Shown in pieces: positions 37,821 through 50,559 of a stretch of 54,719 nt of DNA. Origin of the DNA: Chiloscyllium plagiosum (Eukaryota). The notes beneath the pieces were generated by a model. That model saw only the letters and a list, made by a program, of their open reading frames with translations. It was not told the origin of the DNA and ran no database searches. A program made the translations under genes and the position numbers. The number at the start of each line of letters is the position of its first letter. Within the stretch, counting starts at the first letter, position 1. The stretch lies in the NCBI RefSeq assembly GCF_004010195.1, contig NC_057717.1, positions 73,797,145 to 73,851,863 of the forward strand, read 5' to 3'.

Positions 37821-39380
37821 CTATATTCTAAGAGCAGATGATAATGCTTTGAATATTATTGTTGGGAATAAATATGATCAACGTGTGAACTCGTCAGAAA
37901 TTAGGGAAGGGTTAAAAAATAGGTTGATGGTTGCTTCAAATATCAACCAATATTGAGCAAGATGTTCATATTTATTTTGAGATAAACGCAGGTACGTCAG
38001 AAGGACAGCTGGATAGCAGCCTTCTCTGTTCCAAGAGATATAAATCCAACCTTTCTTCGTAACTATAATTTCCAAGCTATGGCAAAATTCCAGTAAATCT
38101 TCTCTGCCCTCTCTGCAAAGTAATTATGTTCTTCCGGTCGTGTGGTGACGACGATCTTACGCATTCTCATCATTATATTCAAACGTTTATATTCTATGCC
38201 TCTGCTAATGAAGAAGACAATTGCATATTTTATTTTCTTAAATTCACTCATGGGAAGTGAACATCGCTGTCAAGGCCAGCATTAGTTGTGGAGTCATTTT
38301 CCAGAGGACAGTTAAGAGACAATTAAGTTAGACAAGGTAAGGGTAACAGGTTTCCTTCCCCGATGGACATTCATGAACCAGATGATTTTTCTTTCTGAAA
38401 ATCGACAATAGTGTCCTAATCATCATTAAACTCAGAATTCCAGATTTTATGTTGGACTTAAAGTCCACCATCCGTCAAGATGCAATTCGAATGCATGTCC
38501 CCAGAACATTTTCTATGTCTCCAAGTTAGTAGTCTATCGATAATACCACGAAGGCCATTTGTGCCCCAACATGCCTTTGTTGAAAACTCATCTGCTTGCA
38601 CTGCTACCTGTCGGGATCTGTGCACATGCACGTCAGGTTTTCTCACTTCAAAAACATCTTTTAACATGTTCCCATTTATAGTGCATTCTCTTTTACTGCT
38701 TGACGTCCCTAATTACGTTACTTCACTCTTATCAGATTTGGCCTCAATTCATTCATGGCCTCCAACTGTCACTTCCCTTTGTACTGAAACCAACCAATCG
38801 CATAATAACCTAAAACAAAAGCAGTCGTCCCATCACTGAGCCCTGGTGAACAGTACTTCAAACAGGTTTCCATTCACAAGGGCTACATTTAACCATTATT
38901 CTTTATTCCCAGTTAGTAAGTCAACAGTGGATCTAATTCACCACATTACCCTGTATCCCTTTGGCTTTTGCTTACTTGACCATTCTGCCAAATGAAACCA
39001 TGTCAACTGCCTTACTGAAATCCATATGCACAACGAACACTGCACTATCCTCATCGATCTCCTTGTCACTTCCACAAAGAATTCAATTAAATTTGTAAGG
39101 TGTGACCTTCCGTTGCATAAACCCATACTGATTATCCCTGACTAGTTCATGGTATTCTAAGTGATAGTTCATCTAATCTCCCAGGATTGTAAGAAAACTG
39201 CCTGCTACCAAAGTAAGACAAATTGGCCTACAATAAGTTGACATCACATTTGGACAGGTTTTCGACTGCAGACTCATATTTGCATTCACTCTGTCCTCTG
39301 ACACGTCACGTGTATCTAGTGAGGATTGGAAAATAATGCTCATAGCATCTGGTTTTCCTCCCTTGCCTTCAATATGCTTC

Positions 39381-39696
39381 AGATTAGATTAGATTACTTA
39401 TAGTGTGGAAACATGCCCTTTGGCCCAACAAGTCCACACCGACCCACCGAAGCACAAACCACCCATTCCCCTACATTTACCCCTTTACCTAACACTACGG
39501 GCAATTTAGCATGGCCAATCCACCTGACCTGCACATCTTTGGACTGTGGGAGGAAACCGGAGCACCCGGAGGAAACCCACGCAGACACGGGGACAATGTG
39601 CAAACTCCACACAGTCAGTCGCCTGAGTCATGAATTGAACCCGGGTCTCTGGCGCTGTGAGGCAGCAGAGCTAACCACTGTGCCACCGTGTCGCCC
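39381..39696 (-). mobile_element. HE1-like SINE, relatively young, inserted into a minus-strand CR1
   Basis: (agatt)3 tail, well-preserved body and tRNA-like head (ctaaccactgtgccaccgtgtcgccc). Confidence 0.92.
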
Positions 39697-40011
39697 ACCA
39701 GTGCAATTCATCCAGCTCTGGCGACTGATCCATTTCCAAGAATTCAGATTCCTCTAACCTTGTGATTATTTGTCTAATATCCACACTGTTTCTTTTGGAA
39801 TGCGACATTTACATCATCCCTTTGCTTTGTAAGGCAAAAAAACATTTAATTTTTGTCTGCGTATCCTCTGCATCTGCGCATAAATTCCCTTCTTTAACTC
39901 AGGTAGGAACCACTTTTTCTTTAACTATCATTTTGCTCCTTAAATACGAGTGAGATATCTTTCAGTTTTCCGTTATCTTGCTTGCTAATAGTTTTCTTGT
40001 GCTCTCTTTGA

Positions 40012-43000
40012 TATAGAGTCATAGAACCAGAGTCATACACCATTGGTAAATAGACCATTTCCTGCATTTCGATCATACCAAGCAGTTATCCTATAAAAAT
40101 GTAATCCCATTTGCCAGCATTTAGCCATTATCCTTCTGAACCATTCCTATTCATACACATATCCAGATTATTTCTGAATGTTGTAATCATACCAGCCTCC
40201 ACCACTTCCTCTGGCACGTCATTCCATACATGCAATAACCTGTACGTGAAAAAGTTGCCCCCCTTTGGACCCATTCATATCTTGCCCTCTCATCTTGAAC
40301 CAATGTCCTCTAGTTTGGCACTTCCCCAACTCGAGGAATTTTTTTTTATAGTATCCATCCATGCCACTCATGACTTTATAAACCTCTCCACGTCACCCCT
40401 CAGCCTCCGATGCTCCAATGAAAATTGCCCCCGCCTATTGAGCCTCTCACTATAGCTAAAATCATACATATCTGACAACACTGTTATGAATCTTTTCTGA
40501 ACTATTTCTAGTCTCACTATATTCTTTCTATGGGTGTAGTGTGTGTGTGGTGGGGGGGGGGGGCGGAAGAGACCAGGATAGCGTGTAATACTCTACAACC
40601 GGCTTAACCAATGTCCTGTACGGCTGTAACATGACCTCTCAACTCCTATACTCAATTCCCTGATTAATGAAGGCAGGTATACTAGCGCCTTCTTCACTAT
40701 CTTATCTGTCTGCGACTCCACTTTCGACAAACTATGCACCTGCACTCCGAGGTCTCTTTGTTCAGAAATATTCACCAGGACCTTACCATCATATCTATAA
40801 GTCCTCCCCTGATTTGCCTTTCCAAAATGTAGCACCTAACATTTATCTAAATTAGAGACATCTGTCACTACTCCACCAATTGACTCATGAGATCCTTTTC
40901 ACTGCCAATTGCAGTGTCATCTGCAAACTTCATAACCCTACCTCTTATGTTAACATTCAAATCAGTTATTTAAATGAAAATAACAGTGGACACGACATTG
41001 ATCTTTGTTGCACATTACTGGTCACTCGCCTTCAGATAAAAAACAATCCTTCACCTTACCCTCTGTTTTCTCCCTTTGGACCAATTCTGCATCCGAATAG
41101 CTGGTTCTCCCTTGAATCTAATGATCTAAACTTGCAAACTAAGCGACATGCAGAACCTTGAAATAGAGCGAACTGAAGTTGATATAGATCACATCCACCT
41201 CTCTGCCCTCAGCAATCCTATAAGACCATAAGACATAGGAGCGGAAGTAAGGCCATTCGGCCCATCGAGTTCACTCCGCCATTCAATTATGGTGATGGCA
41301 TTTCAACTCCACTTACCCGCATTCTCCCCGTAGCCCTTAATTCCTTGTGACATCAAGAATTTATCAATTTCTGCCTTGAAGACATTTAGCGTCCCAGCCT
41401 CCACTGCACTCTGTGGCAATGAATTCCACAGGCCCACCGCTCTCTGGCTGAAGAAATGTCTCCGCATTTCTGTTCTGAACTTACCCCCTCTAATTCTAAG
41501 GCTGTGTCCACGGGTCCTAGTCTCCTCGCCTAACGGAAACAATTTCCTAACGTCCACCCTGTTGTTACTTCTTCAAAAAATAGAATTCAGTTAGTGAGAC
41601 ACGATTTCCCACTATCAAAGCAACGTTGTCCATCTTTACTCAGTCCTTGCTTTTTGAAATACATGCATATCTTGTACCTCAGGATTGCCTGTAACAACTT
41701 TTCCACCAAAGATATCAGGCTGACCAGTTAATAATTCACTAACTGTTCCTTAACACTTTTCTAAAATAGTTGCACAACATTAGCCAACGCCCAGTTTTCC
41801 AGCACCTCACCTGTGATTATTGATGATAAAAGAATCTCCGCAAATGGGCCCTGTTATCCATTCCCTCGTTTCGCTCAGAGTCTAATGGTACACCTGATTA
41901 GGTCCCGTGGATATATCCATCTTTTTGGGTTTTAAGACGTCCAGCACCTGCTCCTTTGCAATTTTTTCCAAGATGTTGGTATTAACTTCCCCAAGTTCTG
42001 TATCTCCCATATCTTTCTCCACAGTAAACGCTGATGCAAAATATTGATTTAGGATCTTACCTGTCTCCTGCAGTTCCACAATTATGCGACATTTTTGAAC
42101 TTAGAGGGATCCTATCTTCTGCCTAGTTACCCCGTTATCATTAATGTATTTGCAGAATGCCTTTGGATTCTTCTTAACTCTATTTACCAACGCTTTTTCA
42201 TGTCCCTTTTATGCCCTCCTGATTTTCCTCTTAGGTATACTCCGACTGTCTTTGTACTTTTCCCGGGATTTTCCTGCTATGTACACATGACATATGCTTC
42301 TTTTTTACTCCTGACCAAAACCTCAAATTCTCTAGGAATCCAGGATTCACTACTCCTACCAGTCTTGCCCTTTACCTTAACAGGAACATACTATCTCTGG
42401 ACTCCCATTGTTTCAATGTTAAATGATTCTAATTTTCCATTTGATCCTTTATCTGGGAACATCTGCAAAAACTACTTTTGAAAGTTCCAGCGTAATGTCG
42501 TCAAAATTGGCCTTCCTCCAACTTAAAGCATTAATTTTAAAATTCAAATCTATTTTAAAACTAATAAAATTATGGTGTCCGGCCACAAAGCTCTGCACTA
42601 CTGACACCTTAGTCATCTGCATTGCCTTACTCACCAAGAATAGGACGTATTTTGCAACTTTTGGAGTAGGTGCATCCACATAATAAATTACTTGTGCACA
42701 CAAACAATTTTTTCTCTCTCTCTAAGTTCTTAGCATTGCGGCAGAGCTGGTCTATGCTTCAAATATTAATATCCCCTACCATCCCAGCCTCCTCTTCTCA
42801 ACGATTACTGAGACATCCTTACAAATGTGTTTTTTTTTTCCCACTGACTATTGGGAGGTCTGTTACACAATCCCAATCAGCTGATCATCTTTTTCTTATT
42901 GTTCAGTTCCACACAAATAACATTACTGTACGTATTCCCAGGAATATCCTCGCTCAGTAGTGTCATAGTGTTATCCTTTATCAAAAGCTCCCTCCGCTCC

Positions 43001-44800
43001 TGCTCCATTTGCTATCCTTCCCCTTGTATCAACATTCTGGAACATAAAGCTGCCAGTTCTGTCCATCCCTGAACCATATCTCGAAAATTACTATGATGGC
43101 CCAGTCCCATGTTCTCAACCATACACTCAGTTCATCTGCCGTGCCTGTTCAACCTTTCTGAAATAAATACAGATTAATTTATCAGTCCTACCACGTTCTC
43201 TGCTTTTTTCCTGCCTGCTCTGACTGTTTGACTTACTCAACAGAGTTTTTCCCAACTGCATCAATCTCAGACTGATCCCTTTCCTCACTATCTCCCTGAT
43301 CCCACCCCTTCCTGTTTTAAATCCTCCCGAGCAGCTCTATGCAATTCACCCCACCAGCATATTAGTCCCCTTCCAACTCAGTTGCAATGTATCTTTCTTA
43401 TACAAGTCACTCCTATCTCAGAAGAGATCTAAATGATCCAAAAATGTGCATGCTTCGTTCCTGGACCAGCTTCTCAGCGACGCATTCATCTGCTCTATCG
43501 TCCCATTCCTAACCCAACTAGCTTTTGGCACTGGGAGAATCCAGATGTTACCGTCTTCGAGGACCTCCTTTTAATATTCCTGCCTCACTCCCTTGACTCT
43601 CCTCAGAATCCTGTCCTTCGCTCTTCTAATGTCATTGGTTCCGATATGTGCAGCAACCTCCTGCTAGTTTCTCTCGCAGTTGAGAATATTCTGCACCCTC
43701 TCCGAGTTATCCTTGATCCTGGTACCAGGTAGCCAAACCACCATTCTGATGTGTCACTGTCGGTTGGAGACACGTCTGCCTATACATCTGACTAGAGAGT
43801 CCACTGTCACAGCCGACGGTTTAAAACTCGTTACATTGCAGCCAGTCTCGGTATCTCGCTATCATTGGTATATTCCCATGATTTCATCACCCCCTACGGT
43901 TTCCAAAGCATAGTGGTTTGCGATGCGGATAGCCACAGCAGAATCTTACACGACTTGCCTCACTTTCCTATCTTTCCTGGAGGTGACCCATCTATCTGAA
44001 CTGATCTTCAGTTTATCTTCCTTCCTGCAACTGCCATTCATCACATGTACAACTCTGTAAATTCCTGATTGCCGCTAACTGCTGATCCAACCGATGCATG
44101 GAAACTGATTGGATTGTCAACACATACACTTTCTGGATATTTTATTACCAGTATCATGGAAACGCGCCCTAATCTCTCACATCCAACAGAAGTGCACATC
44201 ACTTTACTAAAGATCATCTTTGCATCTTGGCAATCTACAGATCCAGAAAGAAAAGTGCAGTTTTACTCCTGTAAAAACACTGCTCCAGGCTAAATTACCA
44301 GCTATGTTTTGAGTTTTTGACGTTTGAACAAGAGACCGATGTCAATAGAATCACAAAGAAACCACTCTACTCGATATTGTAGATTTACAAAAAAAAACTC
44401 GCCATTTAGTTGAGCCTCAGCTGTGATCTCCACACAGATTTCTCCAAGGATAGCTGTCAATTTCCCTGTTCGTTTATTTTTCTTACATGAACTCCAATGT
44501 GTAGAGGACCTTGAAATCAAACAGCAAAGGCAGCAGCTGTGAAGGTTTACGGCTAGGTCAGACAACAATGTAGATTTCCTTCTCTGTTGATTCACTTCCC
44601 ACTATGGTGTCACTTCTTTGTCTCCCTTCCTCCTCTTTTAAAGTGACGTAGGTTTGATCTTGTTTTCCTCAAAGTTCCAAAACAATGGAAGGCTTATAAA
44701 ACAGTAATTTTTTGCTCCTAGAATTCGAGCAAATCTGTTCCAACACTGTAAATACCTCAACAAGGAGTATCTGTTACTGCACAGTTTTTTCTGTTGTCAT
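40012..44800 (-). mobile_element. Near full-length but decayed CR1 (5' UTR, ORF1, ORF2), nested in an older CR1 (about 38000-40010 and 44830-46280)
   Basis: atagagtcatag tail at the left, RT and endonuclease remnants at 40100-43150, ORF1-like remnants at about 43250-44170, then 5' UTR-like sequence. Confidence 0.7.
41220..41560 (-). mobile_element. Young 5'-truncated CR1 inserted in an older CR1
   Basis: Intact KLFPLGEETRTRGHSLRIRGGKFRTEMRRHFFSQRAVGLWNSLP; (ataagac)2 tail; the host RT text resumes on either side. Confidence 0.9.
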
Positions 44801-46888
44801 TTTTTTAAACTCATACCCGGTAAGTTCGATGTTACTGTAGGTTTTCTGCAGCATCGAGTTTTTGTTTTGTGACTATCATAAGTTTATTTTTCTGCTTATT
44901 CTTTCTCTGTACTTTTTAAAATCAAGATTCTGGTCCAGATTTGGCAGTACTATTCTTATTTTTTGAAGGACTATGTCTGCATCGTGCCCAATAGATCTCA
45001 CTAAATACTGCTTCCAACGGGTTCATCACTGATTTATCCATTAGCAGTCCTGCTCAGTGCAAATCAGCCAAATCACTTCTCGGTTTTGCTACGTTTTCCT
45101 TCATGCAGTTTTAATCTTTGATTCCTGGTTTAACTCGGTCCTTTAACAGTAAAATGTAACTGAATTGTGATCACTATTTCCAGCAGTTGACCACTGTCAG
45201 ATGCTCGCTCACTTGCCTATCTTCATCTCCCGGGGCTAAAACTTGCGAAGTCTCTCATTTCGAGTGATGGCATTGACGCATGTTGCCTTTCTTTTAAAAA
45301 AAAGTTTTATTTAGAAGCAGTTCATGATTTTTTCAATCTCAATGCTGCGTATATTATCTGAACTCTTGTTGGAATTGGGGTAGTTAAATTGTCTTCTACT
45401 GTTGTTGAAATGTTATACCGAAGGGCAAACGTTGTCTAAATATATATTCATCTCTCTTCCTCTCACTATTTCGGGTCTGTTGTACACTCCAGTTGTGTGA
45501 CTGCCCCTTTTTTTTAATTCCAAAAGTTAATCCATAATGCCTTGTTTCTTAAGCCGTTTCGTTTATCATACGTTGATTTTTTAAACAGTAATGATGTATC
45601 CCCTGTCCTTTTGATCATCCACATTATTCTACTTTAACAATGTATGACCAGGCATAGTAAGTGGTCACTTTTGCCGTTCATTTAGCCAATTTTCGATTAT
45701 AGCAAAGGCACCATGCTTCCATATGCTCTCCTATGCCATTAGTGCATCTGCCTTAGTTGCAATACTCATTGTATTGTACTATAAACAACTGAATTCCTTT
45801 GCTCGTCATTTTAAAATTCTCGTTTCTTTGTTTCTCTGAGCCGCTGTCTCCATCACAAACCAACATTCTAACTCGCGTTTTATGATCTGAATCTGACACA
45901 TCTAATCCTATGCTTTGATTCCCACACTCACATCATATTGAGTTTAAACTCTCACTAAGGGAACTAAAGAAAGCCCCTGCGAGGGTACTTTCGCAACTCT
46001 GACCAGGTGCAGCCCATCAGGTTTTACAGGTCCCACCTTCCTCAGAAACAGTGCCAATACCTCAAGAACCGAAACTCCTGCCTGACGCATCATTTCTCTA
46101 GTCAGGCACTCATGAGGTAGCAGCTGCTGTTTTCTCCTGAGTGGCCTTCACCCAACGGTATCCAAGATGGCATTTACGTTTGACGGTGCAATGGTCACAG
46201 TGGACTACTACACTTCCTCCACTATTCTCCTACTATGTTTAAGGGTCACTCATTACGTTTTCTCCCTGTGTAATCTTCACTTGACATAATCTATGGATGT
46301 GATGGCACTGCAGGGGTGAAGTGGAGATTCACCAGGATGTTACAGAGATGCAGTAGTATCGCTATAAAGAGAGACTGAATAGTCTCTCATTTCTTTTAGA
46401 GTGGACAAGGCTGAAGGGAATCTTTATTAAGGTGCATAAGATAATGAGCAGCATGATTATGGTGGAAAGGCAGTTTCCCCCTAAATTGACGAATCAATAA
46501 CAATGGGCCTAATTTTAAGGCGAAAGATTCAAGTTGTCGAGAGGATTTGCAGACAAAAAAAAACTGAAATGCACTTCTTGGAAGGGTAGTAGAGGCAGGT
46601 AATTTGTAATCAGTGGTTAGCAAGAAGCCATTTTCAATTCTGCGCTGGTGGATATCAATGGGATAAACGGTTATGAACTTTAAAACTAACACATCTGAGG
46701 GAGTGGAGATTTGCAACCCGCTCGCCAATTTTATGAAAAAAAAACTTGAACTAGTCGTTGAATTGGAAATCATTACGGGTATGTGAATGTAAAATCTAAC
46801 TGAATGGTGCTATATGACAGAAGTGACAAATCAACGCTTATGGCAGCTCGATGTATATGTGACTAATGATATCTGATTTCTTCCATAG

Positions 46889-46933
46889 ACTGTCTATGCT
46901 CATTTAGCATTCACTGTAGACTCAACGGTCTGA
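46889..46933 (+). CDS. Terminal cytoplasmic exon with tyrosine motif (TVYAHL) and stop
   Basis: Branch-like gactaat (46861-67) and acceptor tttcttccatAG (46887-88). Phase 0 gives TVYAHLAFTVDSTV-TGA (46931-33), followed by unique AT-rich UTR-like sequence and AATAAA. Confidence 0.7.
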   Translation, partial: TVYAHLAFTVDSTV

Positions 46934-47152
46934 TGGGACACACATTCTTGAATTGAAGAACACATCCAATGGCTTTTGTTTTCTCCCGTTATGAAGGCAT
47001 AAAGAGACTTTACTCAGTAATAATCAAATTAATATTTCCTCCACTCTGTGTTATGAATCCCAAAGGCATAAAGTGGAGGACGTATTCAGAAGAAGAAGTG
47101 ACAAAATGAAGCCTGAAGTTCCACTTGATGAGGATTGTGTCATCGCTGCCCT

Positions 47153-47158
<6 letters not shown>

Positions 47159-47198
<40 letters not shown>
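47159..47198. repeat. (TA)20 microsatellite in the predicted 3' UTR
   Basis: Read directly from the sequence. Confidence 0.97.
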
Positions 47199-47203
<5 letters not shown>

Positions 47204-47420
47204 GTCATTACAAATGATCATTCCAAAATAGAGGTAATGCAGCCGCTACTGACGACTGTTTTGTTTCATATTATTAATATTCATCCAGGTACGTTGGTAT
47301 TGCTTGTTCGCTCAGTAGTCTAGATAAATGTATCATTTACATTGAAGAACTGACTTAAATATCTTTAAGAGGTAACCATCATAAGTGAGTTTATTTTAGC
47401 ATATCAGTTCTTGTGCTGAA

Positions 47421-47426
47421 AATAAA
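47421..47426 (+). promoter_or_regulatory. Candidate polyadenylation signal of the Ig-like receptor gene
   Basis: AATAAA about 490 nt downstream of the predicted stop codon, in non-TE sequence. Confidence 0.45.
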
Positions 47427-48159
47427 GAACAAGTGCCGTTAAAGGGCAGTGCCAAAATGTTGAGATCATTGCAATGGAAGAATGACTTTTACACATATTT
47501 CTACTTTAACATGAAAGTAATTTTATTGGGACCATATAGTTACTAACAGTCCCCCTTCCATCCAACCCCCACACCCTACCCCACCAACAGTGCCGTTTAG
47601 CTTCATCCAACAAAGGAGAGCAAAGTTTTGGAAAAATTCTGCCAAACAGTCTTAGCAAGATTTTGCTTCATTTGCTATTAATACGCTGCTGCCTTTGCCT
47701 TGACGATTGATGGGGACATCATTTAAAATATTAGATACCACATCTTTCAAATACTCTTCTTCATTTTTAACGGTGTAGAAACATCACACGTCTTACAGCA
47801 TTTGTGGTGAGAGAAACAGAACTAACATTTCGAGTTCGATACTGTTATCCTTCAGTAACGAAAGAGATTGGTTATTTATTTTTGTGCTGACGACAGAGGG
47901 AGAGGACAAGTGAGTTGGGTAGATTTTGAAGGTGGCCAGACCAAAAGACAAAACATTGGTAAAACTTCGAAGTTAACATTATGTGTGCGCATGAGTTATG
48001 AAATGAATTAAATGTTCAAGTCTGAAAAGGCAAAGTAAAAACGAAAATGAATAACGCGGAGCGATTACGAGGGGATGTTGTCATTTAAGAAAAAAGGAGC
48101 ACAAGTGTCATGCTGTAAGCTTGTTGAACGCAATATGTAATAATAGACGCAACAAAGTT

Positions 48160-48730
48160 CCAAACATTTATCCGAGGAATTTCTGGAAATCTAGGGACGG
48201 GATAGCAGAGCCATTGGTTTTGATATTTGGGTCGTCATTGTCTACAGGTTTAGTACCAGAGGTCTGGAGGATTGCAAATGTTGCACCCTTGTTCAAGAAG
48301 CGCAGCAGAGATGACCCAGGCAATTATGGACCAGTGAGCTTTACTTCTATTGTAGGAAAGGTTTTGGAAAAGATTATAAGCGATAAGATTTACAATCGTC
48401 TAGCAAACAACAATTTGATTTCAGATAGTCAACCTGGTTGAGGCAAGGGCAGGTCGTGTCTCACAAACCTCATTGAGTTTTTTGAGAAGGTGACCAAGCA
48501 TGTAGATGAGGGTAGGGCAGTTGATGTGGTGTATATGGACTTCAGTAAAGCCTTTGGTAAAGTTCCACATGGTAGGCTGTTGGAGAAAATGCTGAGGCAC
48601 GGGATTGAGGGTGATTTAGTAGTTTGGATTAGAAACTGGCTTTCTGAAAGAAGGCAGCGAGTAGTGATTGATTGTAAGTATTCAGCCTGGATTCTGGTTA
48701 CGATTGGTGTGACAAAAGGATCTGTTTTGA
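48160..48730 (+). mobile_element. CR1 RT fragment
   Basis: VPEVWRIANVAPLFKK..DPGNYGPVS; VDVVYMDFSKAFGKVPHGRL. Confidence 0.92.
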
Positions 48731-48749
48731 GACATCTGAATGATGTCAC

Positions 48750-49460
48750 TGGACTAAAGGTTTAAATGAGTTTGATGGTGAATCAGCTGGGTATGATGCA
48801 AATGGTGGAAAATGATCATTTGACTCAAAGGGACGTGGTGTGGAAATTGAAGACAGGACAAAGTTAGTACTTTGGGAGGGACAGTAGGGGTGAGACCAGA
48901 ATTGCTGGATCTGTGGAAAGCGCGATTCTGTCCTTATTAAAAATGGCAGCATGTGAGCACTATGTGTTGAGAGATTTAAAAAAAATCGACAGTTCATTGG
49001 AAAGAGGTGTCATCAGAAAATAAGCAGTACAAATGAAAGACTCTAGAAAATAGCAAAGAAAAACTTTTTCAGGAAGCAACATGTGGCGAAGTATAGCACA
49101 GTTAACTGTGGGTGTCGTGAGGTTTGTCTTGGATCTCCATCCGAAGTCATGGAATCCGCGAAGTCAAGGAAGATGATTGAAAGATGCGATTGTCCACGTG
49201 TAGGAGAACGATGAATATTCGATTCAAAACTGAAGATTTTGTTCCATTGCGCTTGAGAGCTGAAAGCAGCACTACTGACATCATTGATGTAATGAAGAAA
49301 GAGTTTTGGTGGTGCTCAAGCAAAACTGTAGCTATAAAATTTGCACATGGTTGTAGTAATTCAGCAAATACTTTATAGTAACGTGAGAGATCGCAAAGAA
49401 GGATCGAGTCAGAGGGAAAGTGTGGAAGAATCCAAAGTGGCATCGATGCATGTGACAATT
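48750..49460 (-). mobile_element. Very old Penelope-like RT remnant
   Basis: Minus-strand LFLHYINDVSSAA (cf. F.RYIDD) followed by a .TWTI..FLD-like segment. Confidence 0.5.
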
Positions 49461-50559
49461 TGAAAATTGCATACCAAGACATAGAACATACAACGTTGCA
49501 CCAAAGTACAGAACCTTAGGCACTCGGTGTTGTGCCAACTTTTGAAAATGATCTGATGCCATTCTAGCCAATACCGTTCCATTATGATCCATTCGTGTTT
49601 CCAATGGCCATTTAAATACCTTAACATTGGCGAGTCTACTATTGTTGCAGACAGACCGCTCCATGGCCCTACCACAGTCTGAGTGAAGAACCTACCCCTA
49701 ATATCTGCCCTAAATTTATCACCCCTCAATATCAAGCTATGTCCCCTCGTATTAGCCATCTGAACGAAAGGAAGAAAGGGAAAAATATTCTCGTTAACAT
49801 GCTGAAAGAGGAACACAGTGAAATTAAATATGGGACCCGGACACCTTTGACTGAATGTGGCGTGCGAAAGTGTTAGGACGTAAAAGTCAAAAGCAAATCG
49901 ATAACATTGTTATATAACATTCCAAATACCCTCCAAATATTATAAGAAGATAGCATAAACCTAACATTTTCTTACTTTAATGCTAAAGAAAATACTATGA
50001 TCACGTACTTATGTATGGATGCATATTTGAGTGTCAACGATTTTAACGACAACTTATGAACTGTTCCACGGTAGTAGCATCCCATAAACACACTGTTGGC
50101 AAAGACAAATCCAGGAAAATCGATAGTCTCACACGTAGCAAGAAGGAGATCTCAGCTTTTAGCGGTCACAGAGAGTAACAAGATCTTCCACATTCAGCTT
50201 GAGTATCACAGAAACTGCAGAAAGCAGGATAACAAAGGTGTGGTTCTGAACAATTCAAGCTGCTTCCAATGTTCCACCTTTGAAACAAATACAAGGTCTT
50301 ACTCCTGTTTACTTTATTGGCACTCAGCAGGCTGTTCGGCACCCCTGTGTCAACATTTCTTCACAAGAAAACGAGAAAAACATGCCACGTCAAGCCAAAA
50401 TAGAGCCACTCATCCGCTATTTTAAAAAAAAAACTAAAAAGCAAAAAAAGTGATAGTTATGTAAATCAGAAACAAAAAGGAATTTCTGAATAAGTTCAAG
50501 AGGTCTGACAGCATCTGTGGGGAGAAATCTGAGTTAAAGTTTCGGATTCGGATCCGCTG

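Larger units (their letters stand above)
26673..46933 (+). other. Gene model (leader exon unresolved): non-rearranging VJ-C1-TM-cytoplasmic immunoglobulin-superfamily receptor, 5 identified coding exons
   Basis: Exons 26673-27011, 30558-30860, 33997-34107, 36410-36465 and 46889-46933 all have AG acceptors, and the first four have GT donors. Intron phases 1,1,1,1,0 join into one open frame: (V)TAAEKILHQTP...YYCAAREFYGVAYKMGNGSKLLIT/GSPTVFLLSSP...ITCSVQ...SYRR/ESQRVNCHLMYYWNSLMIMLPLLMLAATSWIYKKCYS/GNCGKESSTDARPRNPEQQ/TVYAHLAFTVDSTV*. Confidence 0.8.

Noticed and set aside
44722-44826. Possible extra cytoplasmic exon ending at a strong GTAAGT donor
   Set aside because: Has a stop in the required phase-0 frame and lies at the 5' edge of an antisense CR1.
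49147-49482. 111-aa minus-strand ORF as a host gene
   Set aside because: Overlaps a decayed Penelope-like RT remnant in another frame and has no recognisable domain.
49814-49852. CACAGTG heptamer as a possible RSS
   Set aside because: No ACAAAAACC-like nonamer at 12 or 23 bp spacing and no adjacent V/J segment. Other heptamers (about 1290 and 23422) lie within CR1s.
49780-50460. Possible solo LTR related to the Gmr1-like LTR
   Set aside because: Only a short similarity (cccataaacac...tggcaaa) is visible, and TG...CA ends and a TSD could not be established.
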